A stretch of DNA of 64,000 nucleotides. It comes from Tubiluchus corallicola. Lineage: Eukaryota > Animalia > Priapulida. Where the stretch lies: assembly GCA_030141605.1 (NCBI GenBank), contig JAQGDQ010000247.1, positions 186,001 to 250,000 of the forward strand. The letters run 5' to 3'. A program made the position numbers and the translations under genes. Shown here one piece after another: positions 34,059-48,200 of the stretch (the first letter of the stretch is position 1; each line of letters begins with the position of its first letter). The notes below the pieces were generated by a model. That model was not told the origin of the DNA and ran no database searches. It was given only the letters and a program-made list of their open reading frames with translations.

Positions 34059-34688
34059 GTAGGAAAATTTTCTTTGATGTTTATTAGTATTTGAGCTGGT
34101 TTAAGCGTCCATGTACATAACCTATCATATAACCATATAAATATATACTGAAATCTGTAGCATAATGAATTGGGTAGGAAATTTTTTTGTTATATTTCAG
34201 AGGTTGTTGCATGTTGCATTTACATAACACAGTCCGTTGGCTTGCTTGGCTGCTTTTTAAGAATGTTCAGTCTTGTGGAACTTTGGAGCTAATTCTTACC
34301 CATCAAGTTGAAAAGCGTACCCTTTCTTTAGAGTGCTAAGAAATAACAAAATATTTAAGTAGCATTATCATTGTCATTTGTCATTCCATGTAGTTTCATA
34401 AATTTTATAGTGTTTGTAAATTGTAATTTGAATACAAAGAAAACATCAAAAAATCTGAAGTGACCTATTGAATAAAATGATAAATAAAATAAAGCAAAAA
34501 TATTAAAATAACATCTGTCTGAACGGGTAATAAATAATTTGATATCTATTAATTATCATTTGTAGGACTGACAGCTGTTTGAAATGTTGTTGTTTTTCCT
34601 TCACGATGCGACGCTTAATACACTTTCTCAAGTACAAATGATCTAAACTGCAAAATTATATATTATATCAAAAAGTAGGTTGACACAG

Positions 34689-35660
34689 NNNNNNNNNNNN
34701 NNNNNNNNNNNNNNNNNNNNNNNNNNNNNNNNNNNNNNNNNNNNNNNNNNNNNNNNNNNNNNNNNNNNNNNNNNNNNNNNNNNNNNNNNNNNNNNNNNNN
34801 NNNNNNNNNNNNNNNNNNNNNNNNNNNNNNNNNNNNNNNNNNNNNNNNNNNNNNNNNNNNNNNNNNNNNNNNNNNNNNNNNNNNNNNNNNNNNNNNNNNN
34901 NNNNNNNNNNNNNNNNNNNNNNNNNNNNNNNNNNNNNNNNNNNNNNNNNNNNNNNNNNNNNNNNNNNNNNNNNNNNNNNNNNNNNNNNNNNNNNNNNNNN
35001 NNNNNNNNNNNNNNNNNNNNNNNNNNNNNNNNNNNNNNNNNNNNNNNNNNNNNNNNNNNNNNNNNNNNNNNNNNNNNNNNNNNNNNNNNNNNNNNNNNNN
35101 NNNNNNNNNNNNNNNNNNNNNNNNNNNNNNNNNNNNNNNNNNNNNNNNNNNNNNNNNNNNNNNNNNNNNNNNNNNNNNNNNNNNNNNNNNNNNNNNNNNN
35201 NNNNNNNNNNNNNNNNNNNNNNNNNNNNNNNNNNNNNNNNNNNNNNNNNNNNNNNNNNNNNNNNNNNNNNNNNNNNNNNNNNNNNNNNNNNNNNNNNNNN
35301 NNNNNNNNNNNNNNNNNNNNNNNNNNNNNNNNNNNNNNNNNNNNNNNNNNNNNNNNNNNNNNNNNNNNNNNNNNNNNNNNNNNNNNNNNNNNNNNNNNNN
35401 NNNNNNNNNNNNNNNNNNNNNNNNNNNNNNNNNNNNNNNNNNNNNNNNNNNNNNNNNNNNNNNNNNNNNNNNNNNNNNNNNNNNNNNNNNNNNNNNNNNN
35501 NNNNNNNNNNNNNNNNNNNNNNNNNNNNNNNNNNNNNNNNNNNNNNNNNNNNNNNNNNNNNNNNNNNNNNNNNNNNNNNNNNNNNNNNNNNNNNNNNNNN
35601 NNNNNNNNNNNNNNNNNNNNNNNNNNNNNNNNNNNNNNNNNNNNNNNNNNNNNNNNNNNN
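34689..35660. other. Assembly gap (972 N) at the exact centre of the palindrome
   Basis: Run of N. Confidence 1.
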
Positions 35661-36290
35661 CTGTGTCAACCTACTTTTTGATATAATATATAATTTTGCA
35701 GTTTAGATCATTTGTACTTGAGAAAGTGTATTAAGCGTCGCATCGTGAAGGAAAAACAACAACATTTCAAACAGCTGTCAGTCCTACAAATGATAATTAA
35801 TAGATATCAAATTATTTATTACCCGTTCAGACAGATGTTATTTTAATATTTTTGCTTTATTTTATTTATCATTTTATTCAATAGGTCACTTCAGATTTTT
35901 TGATGTTTTCTTTGTATTCAAATTACAATTTACAAACACTATAAAATTTATGAAACTACATGGAATGACAAATGACAATGATAATGCTACTTAAATATTT
36001 TGTTATTTCTTAGCACTCTAAAGAAAGGGTACGCTTTTCAACTTGATGGGTAAGAATTAGCTCCAAAGTTCCACAAGACTGAACATTCTTAAAAAGCAGC
36101 CAAGCAAGCCAACGGACTGTGTTATGTAAATGCAACATGCAACAACCTCTGAAATATAACAAAAAAATTTCCTACCCAATTCATTATGCTACAGATTTCA
36201 GTATATATTTATATGGTTATATGATAGGTTATGTACATGGACGCTTAAACCAGCTCAAATACTAATAAACATCAAAGAAAATTTTCCTAC

Positions 36291-39200
36291 CTGAGCTTCT
36301 CCTTTTCTCTTCTTTTGTTTCTTTAACATCTTCCTCCTCTTCATCCTCCTGCTCTTCTTCATCTTGCTCTTCATCTGCTGGTTCCACAACTGGTTCAAAT
36401 TCATCATCATAGTCATCATCTTCAGACTCCGATGAAGCAGGTTTCCGACGACCCTACATTACAAATGAAAGAAATTATCGGCTAAATATAAGTGTTTATG
36501 CACAAAGACACACTGAAAAGAAAATCCAACAATTGCCGCTTCTTTCTTTTTCATTGTTTTTTAATTGTGGGATTTTTATTCATTGTCACTATTCCTGCCA
36601 TTAAGAATTAGTTGTTGTTTTATACACACTTATATTAAACCCACAATCTATAAGAACATCATTATACTTTATGTGTGGGAGTTCTCAAACTCTTGTACTG
36701 TATACTGTTGTATACTGCCTCGCATTGTTTTTACATCAAATACTTTCTCAGTATCACTAATAAAAATGTCTACAATAAGACTTGATTAACTAAAACATGT
36801 GAAGGGAAATTGATTTTTAGATAGATTAGAAAAATACGATTTTCCGTAGAATAGTTTTCAAGCAAACACTGGCTTCTTACTATGATTAGCAAAAATCTGT
36901 GTTTCCGGTCACTAACGTTTTATCACTCTGAGAATTAGTGGATGAATAGCAACACCAGGTAAAAATATTCAATGCTTACTCTAAACTTGGAAGGTCGAGT
37001 TCTTGACGAGGCAGCGAACGTATTAACTGTCTGCCTTGTAAAACCTTTTGGTGCAGCAGTTTCTCTGTAGTTGATCTTCTGAGATGACGCTTCTCTCGAC
37101 CGCTCCAAGTTGCGTACTTGTGCAGCTGAACGCACTTCCTGTACTTTCTTCAATTTTTGCAGTTTCTCCTGTTTCTTTCTGATTTCCTGCACAACATAAA
37201 ATAAAGTTTATGCTACACACATTCTTAGCAGAGTAATAGTGGTGGAACCGATTAATTGATTATAATCGATTTGGGCTTTTATTTCTGATTATAAATTATT
37301 TTTTCAACAGCTGACGCAAATCGATTGCATTACCAATGTCATATGCACTTATTTTTTAGTAAACCACAAAAACTGCAAGACAAACACAACCGTCATTGCA
37401 GCAAAATCTAGCAATATAGCACTACTTTTGTATGGTAACTTATTACCTATGCTGCTTAAATGTAGACGTTTCTCATAAGCATGAGCATGTGGTCTTTAAA
37501 AACAAAATAAGTACGCATTAGCACATTAAGGAGGACAAATGTTTTGTTGGACTGTTTTAAATAAACTCATTTAAAACTTATTCTTTACTTTATACTCTAG
37601 TACTTTTTTCATCACCATTATAATTACAAGAGCAATAGTTAGGATAATAAACTTGTTACACTCAAAGTGTTATTTGCTAAAAATTTCAAAATTTTATCAT
37701 TAAAATGTTTGAAGTATAATGCAATTAGAACAATTTAGCTGCAATTTCATGCACAATTTTAAACAAATTATTAGTGTTTTTACTGCAGAACAAAATCAAG
37801 TAATATGCAGGAATTTTGTGAGACCGCCTTTTATTAATGATTAGAAAATTTACTCAAAAATCTTTATAACTCAATTTGAATTCGATTAGCATTCGAAATC
37901 TCAAAATTCAGTTTCATTTGAATTCGAAAGTCACAAATTAAATTAAATTTGAATTTGGGCAGAGCAGAGAACGCTCATCCCTAATAGTAAGTATGGTATA
38001 ATATAATATGGTATGGTGTAGTAGTACAGTATAGTGTAATATAGTACATTTTATACTAGTTTATTTCAGGTGTAACATGTTCATGTACCTCTTAGCATAT
38101 ATATTAGAATATCTCAAGTAAATAACAAAAAATGTCTATTATGGATTCAATACTGTCATTTCTGTCTTTTCATTGTTTTTTCCATTGTAATATTTCAACA
38201 TTCTATTTTGGAGTGTAAGATGTAAAAATGTAACTAATTACATTTGTAAATATTACTAAAGTACTGTGTGTCTGTATTGTATTAATGTGCATTTATGTAC
38301 GAATAAAAAAATATTAATATCTGAGAGAGAAGACGTACTTCTTCCAACTCCTGTTTTTTATCATCGTGAGTTTTTTGTTTTATTTTTAGAATACCTTCTG
38401 GAATATTTGGTCTTTCTTCAGCTGTGGAACATCTAAAAACAATAATAGCATATCAGTTTAGATACGTCAGCAACTTGATAAACATGGCATAAAAAATGAT
38501 CAGGTTCAACAGAGAATGGTATATATGATAAAGCAGATATATGTATTACACAATTTCATCCTCTTCAAAACATTTTTTTTAATTTCATACGCATTTCTTT
38601 AACTAAATAAGTAAGTTATTTTATTTCAACACAAGATACATAAAACATATCAACAATAAAAGAATAAATTTTACAAAAATTATAAGATTAAATTAAGAAA
38701 ATGTTAACAAGTAGGAATTTTAGTTAAAATGCAGAGCTAACCTCCTGTATAATGTTGATTGGTAATAGTTACGTAATTTTGAAGCAACTTGAACATCTGA
38801 ATTTATTAAACAACAGATAAAATTATTATCCGAATTAGTCAATAAGCGAACAACAATGTTTTCGTAATATAAAATAAAGAAATGAAATAGTTCCATCTAC
38901 AAAACACATTTAGTAATTTTTATCTTATTTTGCCGTCTATCAGAATGAATTTTTCCTGGACAGGTGATCTAACAAAAGTACACTTGCCTATTGTGCTGGG
39001 TATCTGGGTTCATACTGCAAACCCAATACTCTGAATACTCCTTCCCCACATCCTTGGACGAAAATGGAAGTATCCGCCACTTCAAACATTCATCTATAAA
39101 ACCAAAACGTATATTAAACGATCAACATAACTTTAGTTAACAATACAAACATTTTGCGTAATCGCATATTGGAAACTGCTATAACGTACTCAAAAAAGAA

Positions 39201-42200
39201 AAGTTATACCACTAGGAGTAGCCAGCCATTCTTAAGGTCCAGCAGGCTTAACAAGCCTTGTAGACTGGCTTCAGACTGGCTTCAAACTGTCCACTTTGAC
39301 GTCTAATTATTAACATATATTAATCAAGAAAATTGCTTCCAAATATATTGTTTCAATGACAAATCAGCAATAAGCAGAATGTAATAACAAAAAAAAATCA
39401 TTTGATACACAAAACTTAGATACAGTTATGATGTACAATACTGGTATTAGCACTACAAGTCCTCATAATATCTGCAACCATTTAATGCAAATAATTGAGT
39501 GTAGGTGGCACCACTTACCACACTGAATACAAGTGTTAACTTGCATCATACGTTTTTTCACATATTTGGGATCAGAGGACGGTGCACTGTTCCATTTTTC
39601 ACTTTCATAGCCAAAACCCACCCAAAACCGTTCTGGATCATCTAAAATAAAAAATATGACAACATTGAAACAGAAATTCTATTGTATAATAAAATATGCT
39701 TGATTAGTAATCGTCTTATTAATTCACAAATTAATAAGCATCTGCAGCATCTCATTGTTAAAAAATGTTACATTTCAGGCCGATCAATAAAGAAAAGAAA
39801 GAGAAGCTAGAGAGCCCTCAGTACACAGGTGTAGTTGCCATGATGAGGTCGACATATGTTGAGACTATACTGTAAACGTGTATTTTCTGCCCCAACACTG
39901 TAATTTTCAATTAGATTATCAAGTTTCAATTAGACTAAATCTCAGTGAATAAACAGTATGAAGTATCATAATTACGTATTTGAAGTTAGATTCAGATACA
40001 GACACATTCAAAGATTATTTTAAATAAAATAAATTTCTGTTTTGACACAACCTGTAATTTCACTTAAAACAAATCTCTCTAAAAAACACATGTATCGTCA
40101 TATAGCATGGAGGTTTAAATTATATATTTAGTGCTGAGGTTTATTGTTTGGTAACTTGCTAACCAGTAATGATTCGGTAATGTTCATCAATCACCTATAT
40201 TAATCATCCTTCGCTTGAAAGTGATACAAACAAGCCACTGGCATAGCACTGTCTAGTTTTTTTGCTGGATTACTACGTGATAATAAATAATCGTAAGTAT
40301 TTGAAGATATTACTAATAGTTGGCTGCCAACTAATAATGTGGCAATTTTAATCAGATTTCTTAATTATCTTCCTCATAATGTAAACAAAAATAAAGACAA
40401 CAAAGTTGCTGCAGCCATGATTAAATAAAATATGCAACAGTTTTGAAAAAGCAAATATGTGACTAACCAGTGACTTAACCAAAATAAATAAATAGATAAA
40501 ATACCAGTTACCTATGTTTATATCCATCCAGTACTGAAGCATGTATTCTCCCATAGCTTTTTTCAAATGTCTGTACTCCTTCCCATCGGCAAAATCTTGT
40601 TTATTGTGCGTTGGTTCTAATACCAAATAAGGTACGTCAACAATGCCTGAAAGTGTATAATATGTATTGTCTAGGAGTGTACTTAATGCTCATTCAAATT
40701 TAATACAGTCAAAGCATGCACTGAAGTAAAAACAGACAATTCAGAATAAAGTAATTCAACAAACCTCAGAGAAAATTAAAAGGTAATGCTTATTATGCAA
40801 GTGACACGCAAGTTGCATGATATGTTAATATGCATTAATTCTAAGTAATTTTCAATTTTACAGTTAGATTTATTTTTAATTGAAGTGTTGCACCAATACA
40901 TACAACTTAATAAAGAATGCATGGTTTTTACATTTGAATGACTATTGTACTCACCCATAACACCACAGCAAGACCTAAAACAATAATTCAATTATTAATA
41001 TACAGTAAACCAGTTTTCATATATTAATATTCAGTTTCAATATTAATAAACCAATTTTAGTTTAAGTAAGTGCATATATGTGAATGCAACAAGCCTCACA
41101 AAAACCTATTCAAAATATAAAACAGACTGAAGGCAATAAGCACACTTATTCATTAGTAGGCATGTAGCAACCAGCAAGAAATACATGAACAATAACCAGG
41201 CAAAGATTCTTCGGTTAAAGGAAACCTATAGTCTTAGAACATTGACATTTATTTGCTTGTATTACTAAAAATGTAAATGTTGGTAAAAACATTTACTGCA
41301 AAAAATTTAAAACAATTAAAGTTAACTTAGAAGTGACACTTAACTCTTTGGAATTTTTTGCTATTATTGTATCATACCTGAACTTACACTGACTCTCGGT
41401 AAATATTCAAATCGTTTTACAAAGTATGTGGAATAACAATAGAAAATTTTCCATTGGTGGAACCCAAAGCAATGAATGTAAAACTTGTGCGAGCTCTTAA
41501 ATGTGAAATTAATGCTAAACTTGACAATTAACAAACTACAAACTACATGAATTTACTGTTAATGACTTCTATTTGTAATTAAATTTACGACCTATGTATT
41601 AAACTATGGGTTGAACTACAACCTATGCAATTTACGACTGTATGACTTTACGACTTGACCACAGCTTGCACAATTAAATATAGATGACTAACTGTAACTC
41701 ATATTTTCTTCTGCGTGTTTCTAACTGTTTAAACCAATTGACTTTAAATCACTATCTGTTTCAATAAATTCATTGCCGCCACACTTAGTGCCTACACACA
41801 AACAAAGTCAAACACGCTAGGGGTGCACTGCTTGAATATACAGGTTCAACTTGTGTCCAAATGGTCTTATGACGACTACCTGTATTCATTGCTGATATAT
41901 GCAAAAACTTGTATTTGTGTGTTAGCAGTAATAGGTGAACATAGCCAAAGCAAGTAATTATAACAGTAAAGTAAGACAAGAGCAACACCAATTATATTGC
42001 TATTGCAGAAACCTAAGTATAAGGTTTCATTTACATATATAAAGTAACCGTTGACTTTTGCACTTTAATTTTACCAAATGATTTTCCTTATAACGACAAA
42101 GTGTAAAATAGCTAATTTGACTCATGCCACTTAATTCTGATAACAATTCAACAATACAAACTTACAGTGAATTTTGTGATTCTAGTTGAGGACCAACACG

Positions 42201-45200
42201 CTGGTACATTTTTATCAAACGGCTACAGTTATAGACGAACATCCCATCCTGACTGCGATTTTCCAAGTTCAAGCCGAATATAAAGTTCAAAGTTTTTGGT
42301 TCCTTCAGTGCTTTCTGCTTTCTGTCAGCTAACTCCTTCTTTAACTTAGCATCACGTCTTAGTTCTGCTGCATTTGACTGAGCTTTACGTACAAAAGTCT
42401 TCAAAATGTAAAAGAAAAACAATGTTAGATAATATTTTTCTAAATAACAAAGTCCATTATTGCTAACCTGTTTATGTTATTTTACTTGAAGACCTCTAGG
42501 GTATACACTTTGTCAAACTTGACTTCTATTAAAAATCAATGAAATTATATTTCAGCACACCAGTTTACTACATAATATTTTACATAAAATAAAAAACAAG
42601 AAAAAATTCTATACCATTTGTCCCAGCCTGTAGCAACCTCTTGAATGTTTACCACTTGAGGGAGCCACATGGCACTTCCCAACGAATGACCACGCGGGTC
42701 ATACCATACATAGATGAGTGATTGTTTCTCTTTGTTTTTAACTATTTGTGTTTATTGACTTCAAGTCATTATCGATTGTTTGATCTTAAACCAATTTGAG
42801 AGTTTGTGTCAGTTTTGCTAGTGCCTTGTTAGTCTAGATCATTGATAGTTCCTTAATTTCATCTCGCTTTACTAACTTGTTGTTTGAATCACTAGTTGTC
42901 AGCATTTTTGGGGTTTATTGTCACGTGTCTACTTGTTGGTATGTCAGCCAACAATGATCCTAGCTATTTTCATATTTGTTAGCTAATACGTTTTTCGTAA
43001 TGATATCTGTAGTCGACTATTTTTGGTATATTTGTTATTCTTGAGAAATCTTTGAATTTTGGGTTACAAATTTGGTTCTCTCTAATTTCGATAATATTAG
43101 CTTAACATGTCAACATTTCTCACGGAACACATGTATTATCTTTCGGTGCATGGTCACATCCAATAAATGCTAGTCATATAATTTATTTCTCAACATTTAG
43201 CGTTTCATTTTTGCAGCAATATTGAAACCACAGAGGAAACAATCTACTAACAAACTTTGTTATTGACACAGTGAAAGGAATCATCTATATGAAGTCAGTA
43301 GGTAGTCAACCAAGTCTACTGAATCATCACAATTCACTACCTTGCGATAATAGTGATGAATGCAATAGTGAATGCGATAATCTACCAAGAAGTGTATCTC
43401 CCCAAATTACCATCCCACTTGAGCTACAATAAAGATACTAGCATCTCATTTCTACCTAAACTAACCTAGCCGGGTAGGGCACAGCTAACGTTGCCACTAC
43501 CACACCATTAAATATTTTTTCATGTTTAATGAATGCTAATAATACACTGAATTAGTTATAACACAGTACGTGCCACTGCACAGTGTCAACATAGATGTGC
43601 TACTTGTTGATCCAAGAATCTATAAAACTGCTTACCCTATTGTCTTTATTTGTAGGATTTGTGCCATATTTTTTCTCAGCATCCCTAAAAGCAGAACATT
43701 TAGTTAATTTTTCAAGTGTCATGACTAGTGACAGCAGCTTACAAGTCAATAATTAACTAAGGCACTCAAAAACAGATTAACTAATAAAAAATGAAACACC
43801 TCAAAAACTAACAGTGCATTTCACAACTAAACATACCGTGTGCACAAGGCCAAGTACACATGTACATATTATGGCCTTTTGGGGAACCTAGGCTAATGGA
43901 ATTATGGGGACCCCTCAAACGGAGCCACACTCTAACTTGCCTGCATCTGAAGAATGTTTTAGAAAAGTTTTATTAGTCTTAGTTACCTTGCTTTGCTTTC
44001 TGCCTCTCTTGCTCTGTCTTCAGCTGAAATAAAAATAATTTTATTAAAGCTTTTTTACTTTTTAATGCTTTGTTTTTGAATGATTGCTTTATATAATTAC
44101 CTTGACAAGTTATTGTATTACTTTCTTCCTTATTTGTTAACTTACAGCTCAATGTTTAATTAGTTAAGTATAAAAGATATTGGAGTTATTTGTTAAAGGC
44201 TCAACTAATCGTCTTTCCACATTTGGTTGCTCTATTGCTAACAGTGTTTCACACTTCACAGTAATTTGTTATTTATTTTATGTAAGGATAGGGGTGGCTG
44301 ACTTGGTCACTCTTGGTCTTTTCACCACCTAGTGGTCCCTTTGTATATTATTATTATTTGTCCTTATTTGTCTAACAGTGAAGAAGACTGATAAATAAAT
44401 ATTCTATTCTATCCTGTATTCTATTCTGACTAAGAATCAAAATTAACAATATGAGGTTAAAAGATGAGAAAATGCAGTTAGAATATGAAGTGTATACTAC
44501 AATTTTTTGCTTAACTTTGCTTCTCTCAGTGCATTAGCATTAAAACTGCAAAGACAAACCAATAACAGAATTCAGTTTGCATTTAGAATACATACAGTGT
44601 CAAGTACACATCGAACTGTTTTAAAAGTTCAAAATGAAGCAATGTTTAACAAACAATAAGTCACTTACCTTGCCCCGCCTCATGTCTAGCACGTTTCACT
44701 TCCACTTCGGACCGAGTTTTAAAGCGACTAGAAGCGTATTTATATATTCGGGGTTTGTACAAGCAGCTTAGCAACTTTTTTGTACGAACTTTTGCACTTT
44801 GTACATAAATTCTCATCCTAGGATCTGCGTATAATATGGCAGCATACGCTCGAAATGATCTTCTTTCTGGGTGAAGTCTGAACAATGAAAAAGCTGGCAT
44901 GATGATATATAGGAATAAAAGACAATTTTGTAGAAGTTTTTCTACATAAGAATCTCAACATTTTTTCTGCATTTAACAATTCTGTTGTGAAATCTTTTGA
45001 CTTATGCAATATTATGACACACAAAGTTGCAAAAACATGGATAAGTTGTACAAGAAACCTGAATAAAAGATTAAAATTCACTATTTGGAGATATTTTTTA
45101 AATGAAAAATCAGAAAGTTTGCATTCTGACTTACTTGACAATGTTTAATTTTGCTGCTAACATCTGGACGTCAAAAACAAATAAAAAATGTGGGTGAATA

Positions 45201-48200
45201 AATTTATAGCCATTATCTCAAAACTGCAATCAATTACATGACTTCTACCATTTGATATCATCAAAATTTGCTGTCAGCTAAAATAAACTTCACAGAACTT
45301 TTGACATTTAACAACCAGTCGGTCACAAATCTTACAGAAGTCGCCAAACACACACAAATACACAGCAAAACATTAACCAAAATAAACAAGCTACAGGTCA
45401 CAAATCTTCCAGAAATCGCCAAATACACACAAACACACAGGAAAACATGAACAAAAATAAACAAGCTACAGGTCACAAATCTTACAGAAGTTGCCAAATA
45501 CACACAAATACACAGCAAAACATGAACAAAAATAAACAAGCTATTCACTGCTTTGACTCTCACTCAGAGCAGTTTCAACTCCGTTGGTTCAGTGCACTAT
45601 TTTATAAGCACTACCTTGATAATGAGTTAGATTCTGATCTATTCAGGACCTCTAGTTAAATGCTGGATGGCTTGTAGGGTTCCAAATTGTGTAATAAACA
45701 TACCCATCTTCCATGTCAAACTCGGCACTGTGTGCATGAGACAGAATGATATCCTTCTCGTCCGTATCAACGTCCAGTTCCGGCTGCCCGTTGTCCATTA
45801 GCTTTAGGTTGTAAATAACCACCAATGTACCTGAACTGCCTTTTATCAGATCAAAACACCTGAAGAACTCTTCAGTCGTGTGGTATGGTGAATACTTTAA
45901 AATGAGATCCATTTCAATTTTTTGCTGCAAAGTAAAAAGTGAAGCAAATGATCTGATGAATGACTAGCTCTATAGCTGACGTAATACAATTAGGTGCATC
46001 ACAACTTGAATTCAGAACATAAATCCGTAATCTGGTTTACAGATCTTAGTATAAACAGGTTTAAAACTTTATTAAAATGAAAATTAAATACACACCTGAA
46101 TTTTTTTTACATATTTCAATCTGTTTCCAAGAAAACAAGCATGCACCTTGCAAAAAATTTAATCAAACCAAATTTAGGCCCAATCGTTTATTTTTTTACA
46201 TACTGGTTAGTGCTTCGTGCTTGATTTCTTTCTATTTTACATTTGATTTATAGTCTTAGACAATGCTTCAGGTTGGCAAGGTTTTTTGTCATCTAAAGAC
46301 TTAAACAAACCATGCTACAAACAGCATAATTTTTCAATGCTAAGCATTGCAACTAGCAAAGTTAAATTGAGTTAAATTTCCTTGTATGCAGAACTAGACT
46401 ATTCCATACCAACCTTTTCCAATAATTTTCCAGTCTTTGCCAGAGGCTTCTTAGTCTGACTGTCAAATGATGGTATTGGAACAATCACCTTTAACAGAAT
46501 GAAATAATATAAATACAGGGTGACAAAATAATATAAATACAAGAAAATACAAGACGAAGCCTAACCAATACCTAGAAATATTCATGCCTAATAGGTAATG
46601 CATGTAATGACAAGTTTTTTTTAATGCTATCATACCCCCACCTTAAAATCTTTTGAAAATCTAATAAACAAATTGGTCAGTATAATCTGATACCGCATGC
46701 ATTTAGGTACCACATGCATTTCCCATACTTTATCATACCTTATATTTTATTGTAAAAATTAATTGCAAATGTCTTTAATAATTTTAAACCTCGAACATTT
46801 TACAATTTAATTTTATGTCTTGTACATGAAATTTCTTATAATTTTGCCAATGCGAAAATAGGTCATTTAAAAATAGGTACTTTAATCAGGTAAATACGTT
46901 TCACTTAAGGTTCTTATACTTTTAGTCAATTTGTTTCTGTAATTATATATCTTATTATGTATGCAGTTTCTGTATTTCTATTTCCTTATGTATGATATAT
47001 GTATTTTTAATTATCTATATGCTTTTCCAGTCAGGGTACTAGTTTTTTTTTACCTTTTAGCTGTCTCTCTCTTAATCTTATAAATTAATTTTTTGTACGC
47101 TTCTGTTCTAACTAAATAATCATTAGGCTACAATGATTTAATGCACTTTAATTAAGTACTATCTTTATTCAGGATACCGGGGTTTTGTATTTATGTCGGA
47201 AAATAGTTACAGACTAATGTTCTTTGTACACCAAACCGATGTTAAATGGAGTTAACTGTATCTGTAACTGCTGCAGACAACCCCAGAAAATGCTCAAATT
47301 CTAAGTAGCATGTATAAAAACTTTCTGCAAAATGTATTCATAACAACACTAACATTAAGAGCATCAAGTGACCCAGAAAATGAGAAAAGGCACCTAGCAC
47401 ATTTATTGTAGTTAAGTTGGAGCATGACATTAAAAAAGCTGCTCCTTCTTAGAAGAATTCCCAAAAATGTCCCAAAACGTCAGCAATATTGAAAATGAAC
47501 AGACAGCATATAAAAGGAACTTGCCTCTTCTATTTTCTCCTCCTCGTGGAAAGTACGTGACACCATCAAGCATGTCACAGTCGCGCCTTTTTTAGTGAAC
47601 AGTATGAAATCATTGCCAATCCTCATAGAACCGCTAAATAAAGGAAGAAAACAATTACAAGTACAGTTCCGATTATTCCAACACAGCATGAACAAAAGGT
47701 TATATTATTTACAGCCCCAATGGCTGTTTACACAACCTGGCAATATGTAGAATATTGACAAGTGACACACATTGTGTAATGCAGGCCAAGATTCTAGAGA
47801 AATAATGGATGGAAACTACTGCATTGTGCAGCACTTAATGTCAAATCTGTTGCAATAGAATTTCGTCATATTATATTCTTCTGCACATTTGTGTTTTAAA
47901 ATATCTAAAATACATAAAATACAAAACCACAACACAAAAAATATCTTTAATGCCTTTGTAAGTGATATTTGCCATTTTTGCTTACATCTAAAACATTTGT
48001 AAAATGATATCTGTTCCTTTTGGGAAATTGCTGCTTTACTTTGCATGTATTCATAACTAAGAATGGTTGAAAACCATACTTCCCTATTTATAATAAATAT
48101 AGTCGCATAATAAAAATAAATAAAATTATAAATATCAATTTATTATAAACATTTTGATTTCCCATAAAACATGTCTGCAATCCATTTCTAGGCAACACTG

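Larger units (their letters stand above)
6349..34688. repeat. Left arm of giant inverted repeat (extends at least to 6349; the mirror arm reaches the window end)
   Basis: Every ORF in the track lying within this arm has an identical opposite-strand twin with coordinates summing to 70349 (e.g. 12347+58002, 24419+45930, 33157+37192). The gap flanks GTTGACACAG and CTGTGTCAAC are exact reverse complements. Confidence 0.99.

Noticed and set aside
34668-35681. Two 333-aa ORFs in the track
   Set aside because: They are translations of the N gap.
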